From an uncultured archaeon (GTDB lineage Archaea; Iainarchaeota; Iainarchaeia; Iainarchaeales; 1-14-0-10-31-34): a stretch of DNA of 57,177 nucleotides. A program made the position numbers and the translations under genes. Numbering within the stretch: position 1 is the first letter of the stretch; each line of letters starts with the position of its first letter. Of this stretch, positions 46,624 through 56,283 are shown in pieces. The notes beneath the pieces were generated by a model. The model was not told the origin of the DNA, ran no database searches, and saw only the letters and a program-made list of their open reading frames with translations. The stretch covers positions 1 through 57,177 of the forward strand of contig CAYTYC010000006.1 in NCBI GenBank assembly GCA_964442255.1, given 5' to 3'.

Positions 46624-46848
46624 ATGGCAAGAAGAAAAAAAGCTTCAACAAGAAAGGCTTCAACAAGAAAGAAAAGCACTTCAGGAAGGAAAACAACAAG
46701 AAAGGCTTCAACAAGAAAGAAAGCGACAAGAAAGAAAAGCACTTCAGGAAGGAAAACAACAAGAAAGGCTTCAACAAGAAAGAAAGCGACAAGAAAGAAA
46801 AGCACTTCAAGAAGCAAGAGCACAAGAAGAAAGCGAAGAAGCAGATAA
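46624..46848 (+). CDS. 74-aa Lys/Arg/Ser/Thr repeat protein (histone H1/protamine-like)
   Basis: GGAGGTGA RBS 5 nt upstream, TTTATAAA box at 46554, T-rich terminator after stop; internal 60-bp tandem repeat. Confidence 0.8.
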   Translation: MARRKKASTRKASTRKKSTSGRKTTRKASTRKKATRKKSTSGRKTTRKASTRKKATRKKSTSRSKSTRRKRRSR

Positions 46849-46902
46849 ATAAATTTTTGTTGCCTTTACTTTCTTTTTCTAATTCTTTTTATTTTTTTTA
46901 TT

Positions 46903-47751
46903 TTAGCCCAATGTCGTCAGCCCCAGGCTGAAGGCGTCCCTTATTCCCGGCGCAAAGCCGAGGATTATGATGAAAATTTTTATGAAATTTCTGAGCGAAG
47001 AACTCTCAATTTCTTTGTCAACAAAGTAAAGGATGAGCAGCGCAAGCGCCACCTTCACCACGACGAATGCAGCGGGGGAAAAATTCTGGATAATGAAATT
47101 GCTGACAACGTGCTGTTCGCTGTAGGACGAAAAAAAGCCCAGGGCGGTGAAGGTTGCAACCCCGTCGGTTGCCTGCGCGGCAAGCGCCGCCACATTCAGC
47201 CTTTCCTTCAGGACGTTTTTCTTCAACAGCCTGAATGCATGGTAAAGCCCTGCAACAATAACCCCTACGGCAACCCAAACAAAAAGAAACTCAATCGGGC
47301 GGGTCAGGTGCAGGAGCTGGAAGAAAACAACAGGCAGCACGGCAACCCACCCCGCCAGCCCAAACATCCTGAGTGGGTTCATCCCTATTTTCGGCGCAAG
47401 CCTTAATGAGGCATACAGGGAAATAATCGCAAGCACCCCCATCAGGACATAGATTCCCGGGGAAACCATGTAAAAGCCCAATTCAAGGGGATTCGCGCTG
47501 CGCTGGAAAAAGAAGACGCTTGAATTTGCCTCCTCAAATATCCTGAATGTTGAGCCCAGGATAATGTAAGGGAGAACCGCCTTAAAAAACCCGTAATCAA
47601 AGTTTATTCCCCTTTTTTTGAAGAAAGGGTAAACCAAACCAAAGGCCACCCCCAAAAGGACTGCGCCGTAAACAAGGGTGTTCACGACATTGTAGCCGCT
47701 GTACTCCAGGATGGGGCGGGCGAAAAACTCGTGCCATAACTCCAATACCAT
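46903..47751 (-). CDS. DUF63 family membrane protein
   Basis: GYNVVNTLVY, DGVAT, EQHV, LGFAPGIRD; multiple TM helices. Confidence 0.82.
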   Translation of the reverse strand: MVLELWHEFFARPILEYSGYNVVNTLVYGAVLLGVAFGLVYPFFKKRGINFDYGFFKAVLPYIILGSTFRIFEEANSSVFFFQRSANPLELGFYMVSPGIYVLMGVLAIISLYASLRLAPKIGMNPLRMFGLAGWVAVLPVVFFQLLHLTRPIEFLFVWVAVGVIVAGLYHAFRLLKKNVLKERLNVAALAAQATDGVATFTALGFFSSYSEQHVVSNFIIQNFSPAAFVVVKVALALLILYFVDKEIESSSLRNFIKIFIIILGFAPGIRDAFSLGLTTLG

Positions 47752-47804
47752 AGCGTTAAATAGGTAAGTAAAGCTTTAAAGTCTGCTCGCCCAAGTTTTT
47801 TTCT

Positions 47805-48860
47805 ATGCGCTTCCTTGAAGTTGAAAAGAAAAAAGCCGAATCCCTCCGCCAGGCCCTCATTGAGGCCGGGCTGTTTGACTTCGGCTCCCGGATAAAAAAA
47901 TCAGGGGAAAATGTCCTGCTTCCCGCAAAAAAAGGAAGCCTTTCCCTTTTCCGGAAAAAATTCAATTTCAGGGAAAAAAATTTAAGGGCTTCTCCCGCCA
48001 AAGGAAAGCCGAAAAACTTCCGCGACGCGCTGAAAAAGGTTTTAACGAAAAAAGAATTGCCCCATGCAATAACCTCCTTTGATTCCATGGGCCCGGTCGC
48101 GGTTGTGGAGATTCCGGGAGGGCTTGAAAAAAAGGAAAAAGAGATAGGTGAAACGCTTCTTTCAGTCCATCCGCATTTTGAGACAGTCTGCAAAATCTCG
48201 GGAAAGCATTCCGGAAAATACCGCGTGCAGCCGGTAAAGGTTATTGCCGGAAAAAAGAACACGTTTGTGGGCTACAGGGAAAGCGGATGCATTTTTGAAT
48301 TCAACTTAAGGAAAGTGTTTTTTTCCCCAAGGCTTTCGCATGAAAGGCTGAGGATAAACGGGCTCATCAAAAAAGGGGAAATTGTGGGGTGCCTGTTTGC
48401 GGGCGTTGGGCCTTTTCCGATAGTGTTCTGCAAAAACTCCCGCATGAAAAAGGCTTACGCGGTTGAGCTGAACCCGCATGCCGTGAAATACATGAAAAAA
48501 AATGTTGAGTTGAATAAATGCGGGGAAAAAATTGCCGTAATTGAAGGGGACGTGAAAAAAGTTGCCCCCAAAAAACTCAGGGGAAAATGCGACAGGGTTG
48601 TGATGCCTTTGCCGAAGGGAGGGGAACACTTTCTTCCCGAAGCAATTCAGGCAATAAAGCCGGAGGGCGGGACAGTCCACTTCTATTTTTTTTCCCCAAA
48701 AGAAGACCCTTTCGGGGAGGCGCTTGAACTCATCGGGCGCGCGGCGCCTGAAGCCAAAAAAAACTTAAGGGTTTTGAGGAAAAAACAGGTAAGGAGCTTT
48801 TCACCCGCGGTGGTGCAGGTGGCAATAGACTTCAGGGTGAAGGGCAGGGCGAAAAAATGA
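47805..48860 (+). CDS. trm5: Trm5/Met10+-family tRNA methyltransferase
   Basis: VFFSPRLSHER, LFAGVGPF, VELNPHA, DRVVMPLP. Confidence 0.85.
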   Translation: MRFLEVEKKKAESLRQALIEAGLFDFGSRIKKSGENVLLPAKKGSLSLFRKKFNFREKNLRASPAKGKPKNFRDALKKVLTKKELPHAITSFDSMGPVAVVEIPGGLEKKEKEIGETLLSVHPHFETVCKISGKHSGKYRVQPVKVIAGKKNTFVGYRESGCIFEFNLRKVFFSPRLSHERLRINGLIKKGEIVGCLFAGVGPFPIVFCKNSRMKKAYAVELNPHAVKYMKKNVELNKCGEKIAVIEGDVKKVAPKKLRGKCDRVVMPLPKGGEHFLPEAIQAIKPEGGTVHFYFFSPKEDPFGEALELIGRAAPEAKKNLRVLRKKQVRSFSPAVVQVAIDFRVKGRAKK

Positions 48861-49309
48861 ATTCAGGCAATCCGGAAAAAAACCCCGTGGAAAAAAGGAA
48901 AAAAATCTCCTTTGGGGAAATTTTCGGGAAAGTTAAGGCAGCTGAAATTAGCCCCGCGTCAATTGATCTGGTTGTCGGGATAGGGAAAGGCGGAATAATT
49001 CCCGCGGCCCTGTTTGCGCATGCACTCAAGAAAGAGCTTGCAATTCTCTGGATACAATACTATGAGCCGGGAAAAAAGCCGGAGAAAAGGTTTGTGGCGC
49101 CAAAGCTGATGAAGCAGGCTGAATTCGGGTTCACAGGAAAAAAAGTCCTGCTTGTGGATGACTTCAGCAGAAGCGGGGACACAATGAATTTTGCGGAAAA
49201 TGTTTTGCTTTCCGGGGGCGCAAAAAAAGTGGAAAAGGCTGCGGTTGCGGGGAAAAAGCCCCACTGCCTGATTGAATGCGCGGAATGCGTTGAATTTCCG
49301 TGGGATTAA
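48857..49309 (+). CDS. Type I phosphoribosyltransferase
   Basis: GIGKGGIIPA, VLLVDDFSRSGDT, FPWD. Confidence 0.85.
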   Translation: MNSGNPEKNPVEKRKKISFGEIFGKVKAAEISPASIDLVVGIGKGGIIPAALFAHALKKELAILWIQYYEPGKKPEKRFVAPKLMKQAEFGFTGKKVLLVDDFSRSGDTMNFAENVLLSGGAKKVEKAAVAGKKPHCLIECAECVEFPWD

Positions 49310-49341
49310 CAATTTAATTGTTTTCCAGCCTTTTTCAATCG

Positions 49342-50007
49342 GTGAAAAAAGTGAACATTGTTTTCTTGGGGAAACCCGGCGCAGGAAAAGGCACTTACGC
49401 AAAAGCCGCGGAAGAGTCCTTCGGCTTCAGGCATTTGAGCACCGGCGACCTGATAAGGGCTGAAATAAAGGCTGAAACTTCCCTTGGAAAAGAAATAAGG
49501 GAAACCGTTGAATCAGGGGAACTGGTGAAGGACGAAACAGTTATGGAGCTCCTGAAAAAGGCATTCAATGAAGCGGAAAGCGAAAAGGGGTTTATTCTTG
49601 ACGGGTTTCCCCGCACATTCTTCCAGGCCACGCTGCTGGAGGAATTCCTTGAATCAAAGGGAAAAAAAATTGATTTGGCCGTCAACTTCGCGGTTTCGGA
49701 TGAAACCGTGATAAAAAGGCTTTCCGCGAGACGGCAGTGCATGAAATGCGGAAAAGTCTACAACCTCCTCACCAACCCCCCGAAGGAAGAAGACACGTGC
49801 GGCAAATGCGGCTCAAGGCTTTACCAGCGCGAGGACGACAAGCCGGAGGCAATAAAGAAAAGGCTCGCGGAATACGAAACGCAGACCAGGCCGCTGATTG
49901 ACTACTGCAAAAAAAAAGGCCTGCTGAAAGAAATAAAGGCGGAAAATCCGATTGAAGAAATAAACGGTGAAGTGAAAAGCCTTATTGAATTGGCCCGGCA
50001 ACCTTGA
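49342..50007 (+). CDS. adk: Adenylate kinase with Zn-binding LID
   Basis: GKPGAGKGT, STGDLIR, LDGFPRT, CxxC..CxxC, QREDD. Confidence 0.95.
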   Translation: MKKVNIVFLGKPGAGKGTYAKAAEESFGFRHLSTGDLIRAEIKAETSLGKEIRETVESGELVKDETVMELLKKAFNEAESEKGFILDGFPRTFFQATLLEEFLESKGKKIDLAVNFAVSDETVIKRLSARRQCMKCGKVYNLLTNPPKEEDTCGKCGSRLYQREDDKPEAIKKRLAEYETQTRPLIDYCKKKGLLKEIKAENPIEEINGEVKSLIELARQP

Positions 50008-50851
50008 CCCATTGCCTCCGCATTTCCACTGCATCCAGGTCCTGCCTTCCTGAGCTTTCGCAGATAACCGTTCCCTTTAATCCGAATTCCTTTGCAGCCT
50101 TCAAAAAAAGCCTGTAATCCGGTTCGGGTTTTTTTTCAAGCAGGGTTGAATGGCTTTTTTCCCCTTTTTCCCCGAAATTAATCGGGTAAAGGTGCGAGTG
50201 CAAATCCTTTACCGCCTTTTTTCCAAGGCCTTTCTCCAGCTTTTCCAGCACTCCCAGAAAATCCTCCTTGCTTTTCAGGCTTCCCCCTGTGCGCGCATGC
50301 AAATGCGCCCAGTCAATGCAGGGCCTGCTTAACTCCAGCTGCGAACACAATTCAATCAGATCCTCCAATGAACCCAAGGCGCTTTTCTTTCCGGTCACCT
50401 CCAAAGAAAAGCAGGTTTGTTTTGCGTTCAGCTTTCGCGCCTCCGCCTCCACTTTACGCATTTCTTCAATAAACTGTTTTTTCGCTTTTTCAGGGTTTCC
50501 TGAATAAAAGCCGGGATGAAAGTTCACTTCCTGCGCGCCCAAAATTTTTGCGGTTTTAAAGGACTTCAGGAGATGCTGCCTGCTTTTCTCCACAGTCCCC
50601 TTTTTCAGGGAGGTGAGGACGGCGTAATACGGCGCATGAACGCTTAATTTGATTCCTGCTTTTTTTGAGTTTTTCCCGAGCCCTTCCGCGTGCTTTTCCC
50701 CCATTTTCACGCCAAAAGTGAACTGCACTTCATAGGCGTTCAGCCCAAGCTCTTGGAGGTAAACCGGGAAATCCAGTGAATCTTTTCCGTGTTTTGAGTG
50801 AAGGAACGCAGGGGTCAGTCCCGCGGGCCCGAATGAAAGGTCTGCACCCAT
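49982..50851 (-). CDS. Endonuclease IV-like AP endonuclease (TIM barrel)
   Basis: FGPAG, SVHAPYY, FHPG, EVTGK, IDWAHLHAR, ICES. Confidence 0.87.
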   Translation of the reverse strand: MGADLSFGPAGLTPAFLHSKHGKDSLDFPVYLQELGLNAYEVQFTFGVKMGEKHAEGLGKNSKKAGIKLSVHAPYYAVLTSLKKGTVEKSRQHLLKSFKTAKILGAQEVNFHPGFYSGNPEKAKKQFIEEMRKVEAEARKLNAKQTCFSLEVTGKKSALGSLEDLIELCSQLELSRPCIDWAHLHARTGGSLKSKEDFLGVLEKLEKGLGKKAVKDLHSHLYPINFGEKGEKSHSTLLEKKPEPDYRLFLKAAKEFGLKGTVICESSGRQDLDAVEMRRQWVKVAGPIQ

Positions 50852-50859
50852 TTTTTTTT

Positions 50860-51255
50860 TCACTTAAATAGCCTGTTGAATGAAGGCTTTTTTAACGGGT
50901 TGCCCCTGAAAAAAGCCAAATGGCTTTTGCATCCGCAGTCATGGGAACCAAATTTCCTGCACACAAGTTCAGCCCCATCCAAAGAAAAAATTTTTTTGTT
51001 CAAAGCGCATTCAACCCTTCTTTTTGTTTCAATTTTTTTTGCCGCGAGAATTTCCGCCTTTTCAAGCAAAAAATCAATGTTCCAGCGCATTTTCTTTTCC
51101 TTTTTCAGGTGCCTTTCAACCCTTTTCGCCAGCGAATTCATTGCAGAGCCGGTGTAAACATAGTGCCCAGCCGGAAAAAGGAATTCCCCCATTTTTCCTA
51201 TTCCAATTCGCTTGGTTTTCTCAAGCCGCAAAACCAGCGCATAAACTCCCATCAT
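50860..51255 (-). CDS. DUF123 / GIY-YIG-like endonuclease
   Basis: GVYAL, YVYTGSA, RVERH, WNID, EC, FGSHDCGCKSHL. Confidence 0.85.
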   Translation of the reverse strand: MMGVYALVLRLEKTKRIGIGKMGEFLFPAGHYVYTGSAMNSLAKRVERHLKKEKKMRWNIDFLLEKAEILAAKKIETKRRVECALNKKIFSLDGAELVCRKFGSHDCGCKSHLAFFRGNPLKKPSFNRLFK

Positions 51256-51311
51256 TTTTTTATTGAAGGAAATGAGCTTTATTAAACCTTTCCCTGCAAA
51301 AAATAGGGAAT

Positions 51312-52214
51312 ATGATTGAATTGGTGGTAGTGGGAAGCGTCGCGCTTGACTCCGTTGAAACGCCTTTCGGAAAGACCGAGGAGGCGCTGGGCGGAAGCGC
51401 AACCTTTGCCTCAATCGCTGCTTCCTATTTTTGCTCCCCCGGAATTGTCGCGGTGGTGGGAAAGGATTTTCCGGAGAAGCACGTTAAGCTTCTTTCCTCA
51501 AAGGGAGTGGATGTTTCCGGCATGGAAAAAGTTGAGGGAAAGACCTTCCGCTGGAAGGGAAAATACGGTTTTGACTTGAATGTGGCGAAAACCCTTTCCA
51601 CGGAACTGAATGTGTTCGCTTCCTTCAGCCCGAAAATCCCGGATGAATTCAGGAAAGCGGAGTACGTTTTCCTCGGAAACATTGACCCCGAACTGCAGCT
51701 CAAGGTTTTGGACCAGATTGAGTCGCCGAAACTTGTGGTAAGCGACACAATGAATTACTGGATTGAAAACAAGAGGGAAAAGGTTTTGGAGGCTGTGGAA
51801 AAAGTTGACCTTGCGCTGATGAACGACGGGGAAGCCAGAGAATTGTTTGGCACCACAAACCTGCTTAAGGCCGCAAGGGAAATCCTCAGGCTTAACTCGG
51901 ATTACGCGATAATAAAGAAAGGCGAGCACGGAAGCATAATGGTTTCAAAGGAAGGATACTTTTCAATGCCCGGCTTCCCGCTTGAAAACGTCGCCGACCC
52001 GACTGGGGCGGGGGACAGCTTTGCAGGCGCATTGATTGGATTCCTTGTGCAGCATGGAAAACTTGACGACAAGTCCCTGAGAAAAGCGATTGTTTACGGC
52101 TCAACCGTGGCGTCATTCAACGCCGAATCATTTTCCCTGGGAAAGCTTTCCGGGCTGACAAAAAACGAAATAGAGGAAAGGTTCAGCCACTTCAGGGAAC
52201 TGGTGAGGTTCTGA
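51312..52214 (+). CDS. PfkB-family carbohydrate/nucleoside kinase
   Basis: GGSATF, KKGEHG, DPTGAGDSFAG. Confidence 0.93.
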   Translation: MIELVVVGSVALDSVETPFGKTEEALGGSATFASIAASYFCSPGIVAVVGKDFPEKHVKLLSSKGVDVSGMEKVEGKTFRWKGKYGFDLNVAKTLSTELNVFASFSPKIPDEFRKAEYVFLGNIDPELQLKVLDQIESPKLVVSDTMNYWIENKREKVLEAVEKVDLALMNDGEARELFGTTNLLKAAREILRLNSDYAIIKKGEHGSIMVSKEGYFSMPGFPLENVADPTGAGDSFAGALIGFLVQHGKLDDKSLRKAIVYGSTVASFNAESFSLGKLSGLTKNEIEERFSHFRELVRF

Positions 52215-52458
52215 AAGGCTTTGGGTTTCCAGGTTTAACCGCAACTTTTTTATGGCAGGCGGGATAACCGCTAACGGGGCTTATAAAGGCCCGCAACCCG
52301 ATTTTGAATAATGCAAACCCCTGCACCCTATTTTAGTTTTTTGCCCAGAAAAGCAAACAAAATTTTATGCTTGCCTTAAACAAATTTGACCCTGTTGGCA
52401 GATGCCATCCGGGAATAGCCTTTAATATGGGTTTGCCCTTAATTTTCACAGGTCCAAA

Positions 52459-53319
52459 ATGGCTTTTGTTTCCGGTTACAGGATTCTTCCAAAGGCCTTC
52501 AGAAAAGGCTATGCGGTGGGTTCGTTCAATTTTTCCACAATCGAAATATTCAACGGCATAACCGCGGGCGCCCTTGCAAAACGCTCGCCCCTTATTTTAA
52601 GCACCTCCGAAAACGAGCTCAAGCACTTTGGGATGGATAATGCGGCAGCTGCGGCGCAATCATTCGGTTCCATGCACAAAATTCCGGTTGCGTTAAACCT
52701 TGACCACGGAAAAACAATTTTCATGGTAAAAAAATGCGTTGATGCAGGCTATTCCTGCGTGCACTTTGACGGCTCTTCCCTGGGGCGGAACAAAAACGTG
52801 AAGCTCACGAAAAAAACGGTTTCCCTTGCAAAAAGGAAAGGCGTTTGGGTGGAGGGCGAGCTGGGAATAATTTCAGGCGGCTCTTCAGTCCATACAGCAA
52901 AAGAAAAAGTCAACGCCGAATTTTTCACCGACCCGCAGGAAGCAAAAGAATTTGTGGAGCTTACCGGGGTGAATGCCCTTGCTGTTTCAATTGGAAACGT
53001 GCACGGGCTGTGGAAAGGCTCGCCGAAGCTGGACTTCAAAAGGCTTGCTGAAATAAAAAAGAAAACCCGCATTCCGCTTGTGCTCCACGGCGGCTCGGGA
53101 ATAACTCCGGCGCAACTTAAGAAAGCAATCCCGCTGGGAATAGCGAAAGTGAACGTTAACACGGAATTAAGGAAGGCCTTCAGCGAAACACTGGGAAAAG
53201 AAATCAGCAGGAAAAAGGGGGAGGTTGTGCCCTATCATTTTTTGGGGAAACCGCGGGAAGAGGTGCAAAAGGTTGTTGAAAAAAAAATACTTCAGTTCGG
53301 CTCCCAAAAAAAAGCCTAG
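52459..53319 (+). CDS. fba: Class II fructose-bisphosphate aldolase
   Basis: LDHG, DGS, EGELG, IGNVHG, LVLHGGSG, KVNVNT. Confidence 0.92.
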   Translation: MAFVSGYRILPKAFRKGYAVGSFNFSTIEIFNGITAGALAKRSPLILSTSENELKHFGMDNAAAAAQSFGSMHKIPVALNLDHGKTIFMVKKCVDAGYSCVHFDGSSLGRNKNVKLTKKTVSLAKRKGVWVEGELGIISGGSSVHTAKEKVNAEFFTDPQEAKEFVELTGVNALAVSIGNVHGLWKGSPKLDFKRLAEIKKKTRIPLVLHGGSGITPAQLKKAIPLGIAKVNVNTELRKAFSETLGKEISRKKGEVVPYHFLGKPREEVQKVVEKKILQFGSQKKA

Positions 53320-53630
53320 TCCCTGAATTTGTGCTTCAGTTCTTTTTCCATTTTCCGGATGCACTCGCTCACGCCCTTTGAGGCAATCCAGTTTGAGTCG
53401 CTGGAAGAAAACTTTTTTCCGCTCAGGCCCAAAAGCACGCTTACCTCAAACAATGCCCTGTTCCCTTCGCTTCGCGTCTGCTTGAAGTGCACCTGCAGGA
53501 AATCCACGTTCCTGTACTTTTTAACGGCATTTTCCACGAAGTCGGTGCAAAGGGAAATTATTTTGCCTTTTTCAAAGGAGTCAACCCCGTCCAGGCCGGA
53601 AAACTGAATCAGTTTTTCCGGGCTAACCAT
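53316..53630 (-). CDS. Hypothetical protein, possibly HPF/RaiA-like fold
   Basis: 104 aa, beta-alpha-beta-beta-beta-alpha pattern (IQFSG..LQVHFK..FEVSV..KFSS..W..KMEKEL). Confidence 0.5.
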   Translation of the reverse strand: MVSPEKLIQFSGLDGVDSFEKGKIISLCTDFVENAVKKYRNVDFLQVHFKQTRSEGNRALFEVSVLLGLSGKKFSSSDSNWIASKGVSECIRKMEKELKHKFRD

Positions 53631-53643
53631 TTTTTTTTCACCA

Positions 53644-54126
53644 CTATAATTTACCGCTTAACTCTTTAACAGGGTTTCCCCCGGCAAAGCTTCCTTCCCT
53701 TACATCCCCGTTAACCAAGGACATCGCGGAAACAACGGCGTTGTCCCCTATTTCAACGCCCGCAAGCACGGTGGAATTCGCCCCAAGCAACGCGTTTTTT
53801 CCTATAACCGTTTTCCCTGTCCTGTATTCCTTCACCAGAAACTCGTGGGAAAGGATTGTGCAGTTAAACCCGATAATGCAGTTTTCCTTTAGGGTAATGA
53901 GCTCCGGAAAAAAAACGTCAAACATCGCCATTAACCCTATTGAAGCATTTTTTTCCACCTTCATTCCGGTTCTCCTCAATAAAAACCGCTTTAGCGCAAG
54001 GCCTGGGCAAAACCTGCTGGAATAAATCACAATAAAATTGAATGCAACCCTGAAAGGGCTTTTTGCCTTGTGCCATTCCATCAGGGAATTAGGGGAAGAT
54101 GTTTTTGTTGAAGCAATCCGTCTCAC
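53644..54126 (-). CDS. Hexapeptide-repeat acetyltransferase (YvoF-like)
   Basis: NSL..NFIVI..MKV..DVFFPE.I..IIGFNCTILSHE, LGANSTVLAGV.IG, GNP. Confidence 0.85.
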   Translation of the reverse strand: MRRIASTKTSSPNSLMEWHKAKSPFRVAFNFIVIYSSRFCPGLALKRFLLRRTGMKVEKNASIGLMAMFDVFFPELITLKENCIIGFNCTILSHEFLVKEYRTGKTVIGKNALLGANSTVLAGVEIGDNAVVSAMSLVNGDVREGSFAGGNPVKELSGKL

Positions 54127-55383
54127 TTAAGTACCCACTTCCCATGATTCAAGGTATTCCTTCTGTTCCTTAGTGAGTTCGTCTATTTTGATTCCCAGTG
54201 AGGCCAGCTTTAGGGAGGCAATTTCCTGGTCAACTTCCTTTGGAAGCACGTAAACCTTGTTTTCAAGCTTTCCCCTGTTCTGGAAAATGAATTCCGCTGC
54301 CCTGGACTGGTTGCTGAAGGACATGTCCATTACCGAAGCCGGGTGGCCTTCCGCGCACGCCAGGTTAACCAGCCTTCCGCCCGCAAGCAGGAACACTTTT
54401 TTTCCGCCCCCCAAAGTGAATTCCTCCACCAAAGGCCGGATTTCGCGAACGGAAGCTGACAATTCCTTCAAGGCTTTCTTGTTTATTTCAACGTCAAAGT
54501 GCCCTGAGTTCGCGACAACGCATCCGTCCTTCATTTTCCTGAAGTGCTGTGAATCCACGACATTAATGTCCCCTGTCAGCGTGACAATAAGGTCTGCCTT
54601 GTCCACCACGTCAACCATTCTCGCGACATTGAATCCGTCCATCACGGCTTCAATTGCCTTCAGATGGTCAACCTCCGTTACAATAACATTTGCGCCCATT
54701 CCCTTTGCCTTGGTTGCAAAGCCCCTGCCGCACCAGCCGTAGCCGGCGACAACCACTGTTTTTCCTGCAAGCAAAAGGTTTGTTGCGCGCAGTATCCCGT
54801 CAATCGTGCTCTGCCCGGTTCCATAGCGGTTGTCAAAAAAATGCTTTGTTTTGGAGTCGTTGACCGCAATAATGGGGTACTTTAAAACGCCTTTTTTTTC
54901 CATTGCCTTAAACCTTATGACCCCTGTTGTCGTTTCCTCGGAGCCCCCCCACATTCCGTCCAAGAGCTCTGTGCGCTTTGAATGAATCTCTGACACCAAA
55001 TCCGCGCCGTCGTCCATTGAAACATTAGGCTTTAAGTCCAGTGCCTTGTTCAAATGCTCGTAATATGTTTTGTTGTCCTCGCCTTTAACGGCGAAAACCG
55101 GCACATTGTAGTCCTTAACCAGGGAGGCCGCAACCTCGTCCTGCGTGCTTAAGGGGTTGGATGCGCAAAGCCTTACTTCAGCCCCCCCTGCAGCCAGCGT
55201 CCGCATGAGGTTTGCTGTTTCCGAGGTCACGTGCAGGCAGGCTGCAATTTTAACTCCCTTCAGGGGCGTTTCTTTTTCAAACCGCGCCTTCAGCTGCCTT
55301 AAAACATCCATCTGCCTTTCCGCCCACTCAATTTTCAGTTTTCCTGCGGGCGCAAGGGAAGAGTCTTTCACGTCGTAATCCAT
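54127..55383 (-). CDS. ahcY: Adenosylhomocysteinase
   Basis: ACLHVT, DDGADL, EETTTG, FDNRYGTG, GYGWCG, GHFD, GRLVNL..EGHP. Confidence 0.97.
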   Translation of the reverse strand: MDYDVKDSSLAPAGKLKIEWAERQMDVLRQLKARFEKETPLKGVKIAACLHVTSETANLMRTLAAGGAEVRLCASNPLSTQDEVAASLVKDYNVPVFAVKGEDNKTYYEHLNKALDLKPNVSMDDGADLVSEIHSKRTELLDGMWGGSEETTTGVIRFKAMEKKGVLKYPIIAVNDSKTKHFFDNRYGTGQSTIDGILRATNLLLAGKTVVVAGYGWCGRGFATKAKGMGANVIVTEVDHLKAIEAVMDGFNVARMVDVVDKADLIVTLTGDINVVDSQHFRKMKDGCVVANSGHFDVEINKKALKELSASVREIRPLVEEFTLGGGKKVFLLAGGRLVNLACAEGHPASVMDMSFSNQSRAAEFIFQNRGKLENKVYVLPKEVDQEIASLKLASLGIKIDELTKEQKEYLESWEVGT

Positions 55384-55466
55384 TTTTCCTTCCACCTTCC
55401 TGGCTTTTTCTTAACTAAGAAAAAAGAACAAAATCTTATAAAAAGAGGGGATTTTTTTTTCCTTTT

Positions 55467-56177
55467 TTACCTTAAGCTGTCCCACGGGATTTCTTCCCTT
55501 CCCCTCACAAGGATTCCCTGGTCGCTTATCTCAAATGGGTGCACGCTGGTGGAATGGTCCGTGCCCCGCATTTTTCTCACAAACAGGGAACGGTGCGGGG
55601 GGGTGAAGTAAAGCGCGATAATTGAGTCCGCAATGAAGTCCTCAATGCCGAAGGCGCTGAACTGGCCCCTCCTGGTTGAGGTTTCGGCGGTGAGGAGAGT
55701 GGTGCAGTTCAAATTCTTCAAATAATCCGTGAACTCGTATATCGTGCTCCTCAACGCCCCGGGCTCGCGAATCCAGATTCCCAATGCTGTTGTGGAGTCA
55801 ACCACCAGCCTTACTGCGCCGATTTTTTCAACCATGTCCGAGATTGCCTTCAGTTCCTCGTAAATTTGCTCTTCCACCTGCTCCGGCTTTTTTCCGCTCA
55901 GCTGCAGCTTGTAAATCTTGAACAAATCCTTTTCCTGCAGTTTTTTTATGTCCCAGTTGAAGTTCTGCATGTTCCACGTGATGTTCTTTAAATTGGTTTC
56001 AAGCGTCACATACAGCCCGGGCTCGTTCTGCTTTAATGCCCCGCCGTAAAGGTACTGCAGCGCAAAAATCGTTTTTCCAGTTCCAGAAGCCCCGCTTACA
56101 AGGGCGGTTGAGCCCTGTGGAACCCCTCCCTGAATCAACTGGTCAAGGCCTTCAATTCCTGTTGGAACGCGTTTCAT
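55467..56177 (-). CDS. Single-domain KaiC/RAD55-family ATPase
   Basis: TGIEGLD, GASGTGKT, LVVDS, RKMRGTDH. Confidence 0.9.
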   Translation of the reverse strand: MKRVPTGIEGLDQLIQGGVPQGSTALVSGASGTGKTIFALQYLYGGALKQNEPGLYVTLETNLKNITWNMQNFNWDIKKLQEKDLFKIYKLQLSGKKPEQVEEQIYEELKAISDMVEKIGAVRLVVDSTTALGIWIREPGALRSTIYEFTDYLKNLNCTTLLTAETSTRRGQFSAFGIEDFIADSIIALYFTPPHRSLFVRKMRGTDHSTSVHPFEISDQGILVRGREEIPWDSLR

Positions 56178-56283
56178 TCAATTTTCACCCATTTATATAT
56201 GACTTTAATTTTATTAAATCTATCTGAATCGCCAAAAAAAAACATAAAAAGCCTTAAATACCTGTTTGAGCCCATTAATTGAA

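Noticed and set aside
46455..46931. Other-frame repeat ORFs (QERKALQE, NKKES, FFLVEA)
   Set aside because: Only the MARRKK frame has an ATG correctly spaced from GGAGGTGA and a stop before the T-rich terminator.
52215..52458. RNA gene in the pfkB-fba gap
   Set aside because: Only short weak hairpins; no tRNA cloverleaf or recognisable ncRNA motif.
55467..56177. Circadian KaiC system
   Set aside because: Single-domain ATPase common in archaea; no kaiA or kaiB in the window.
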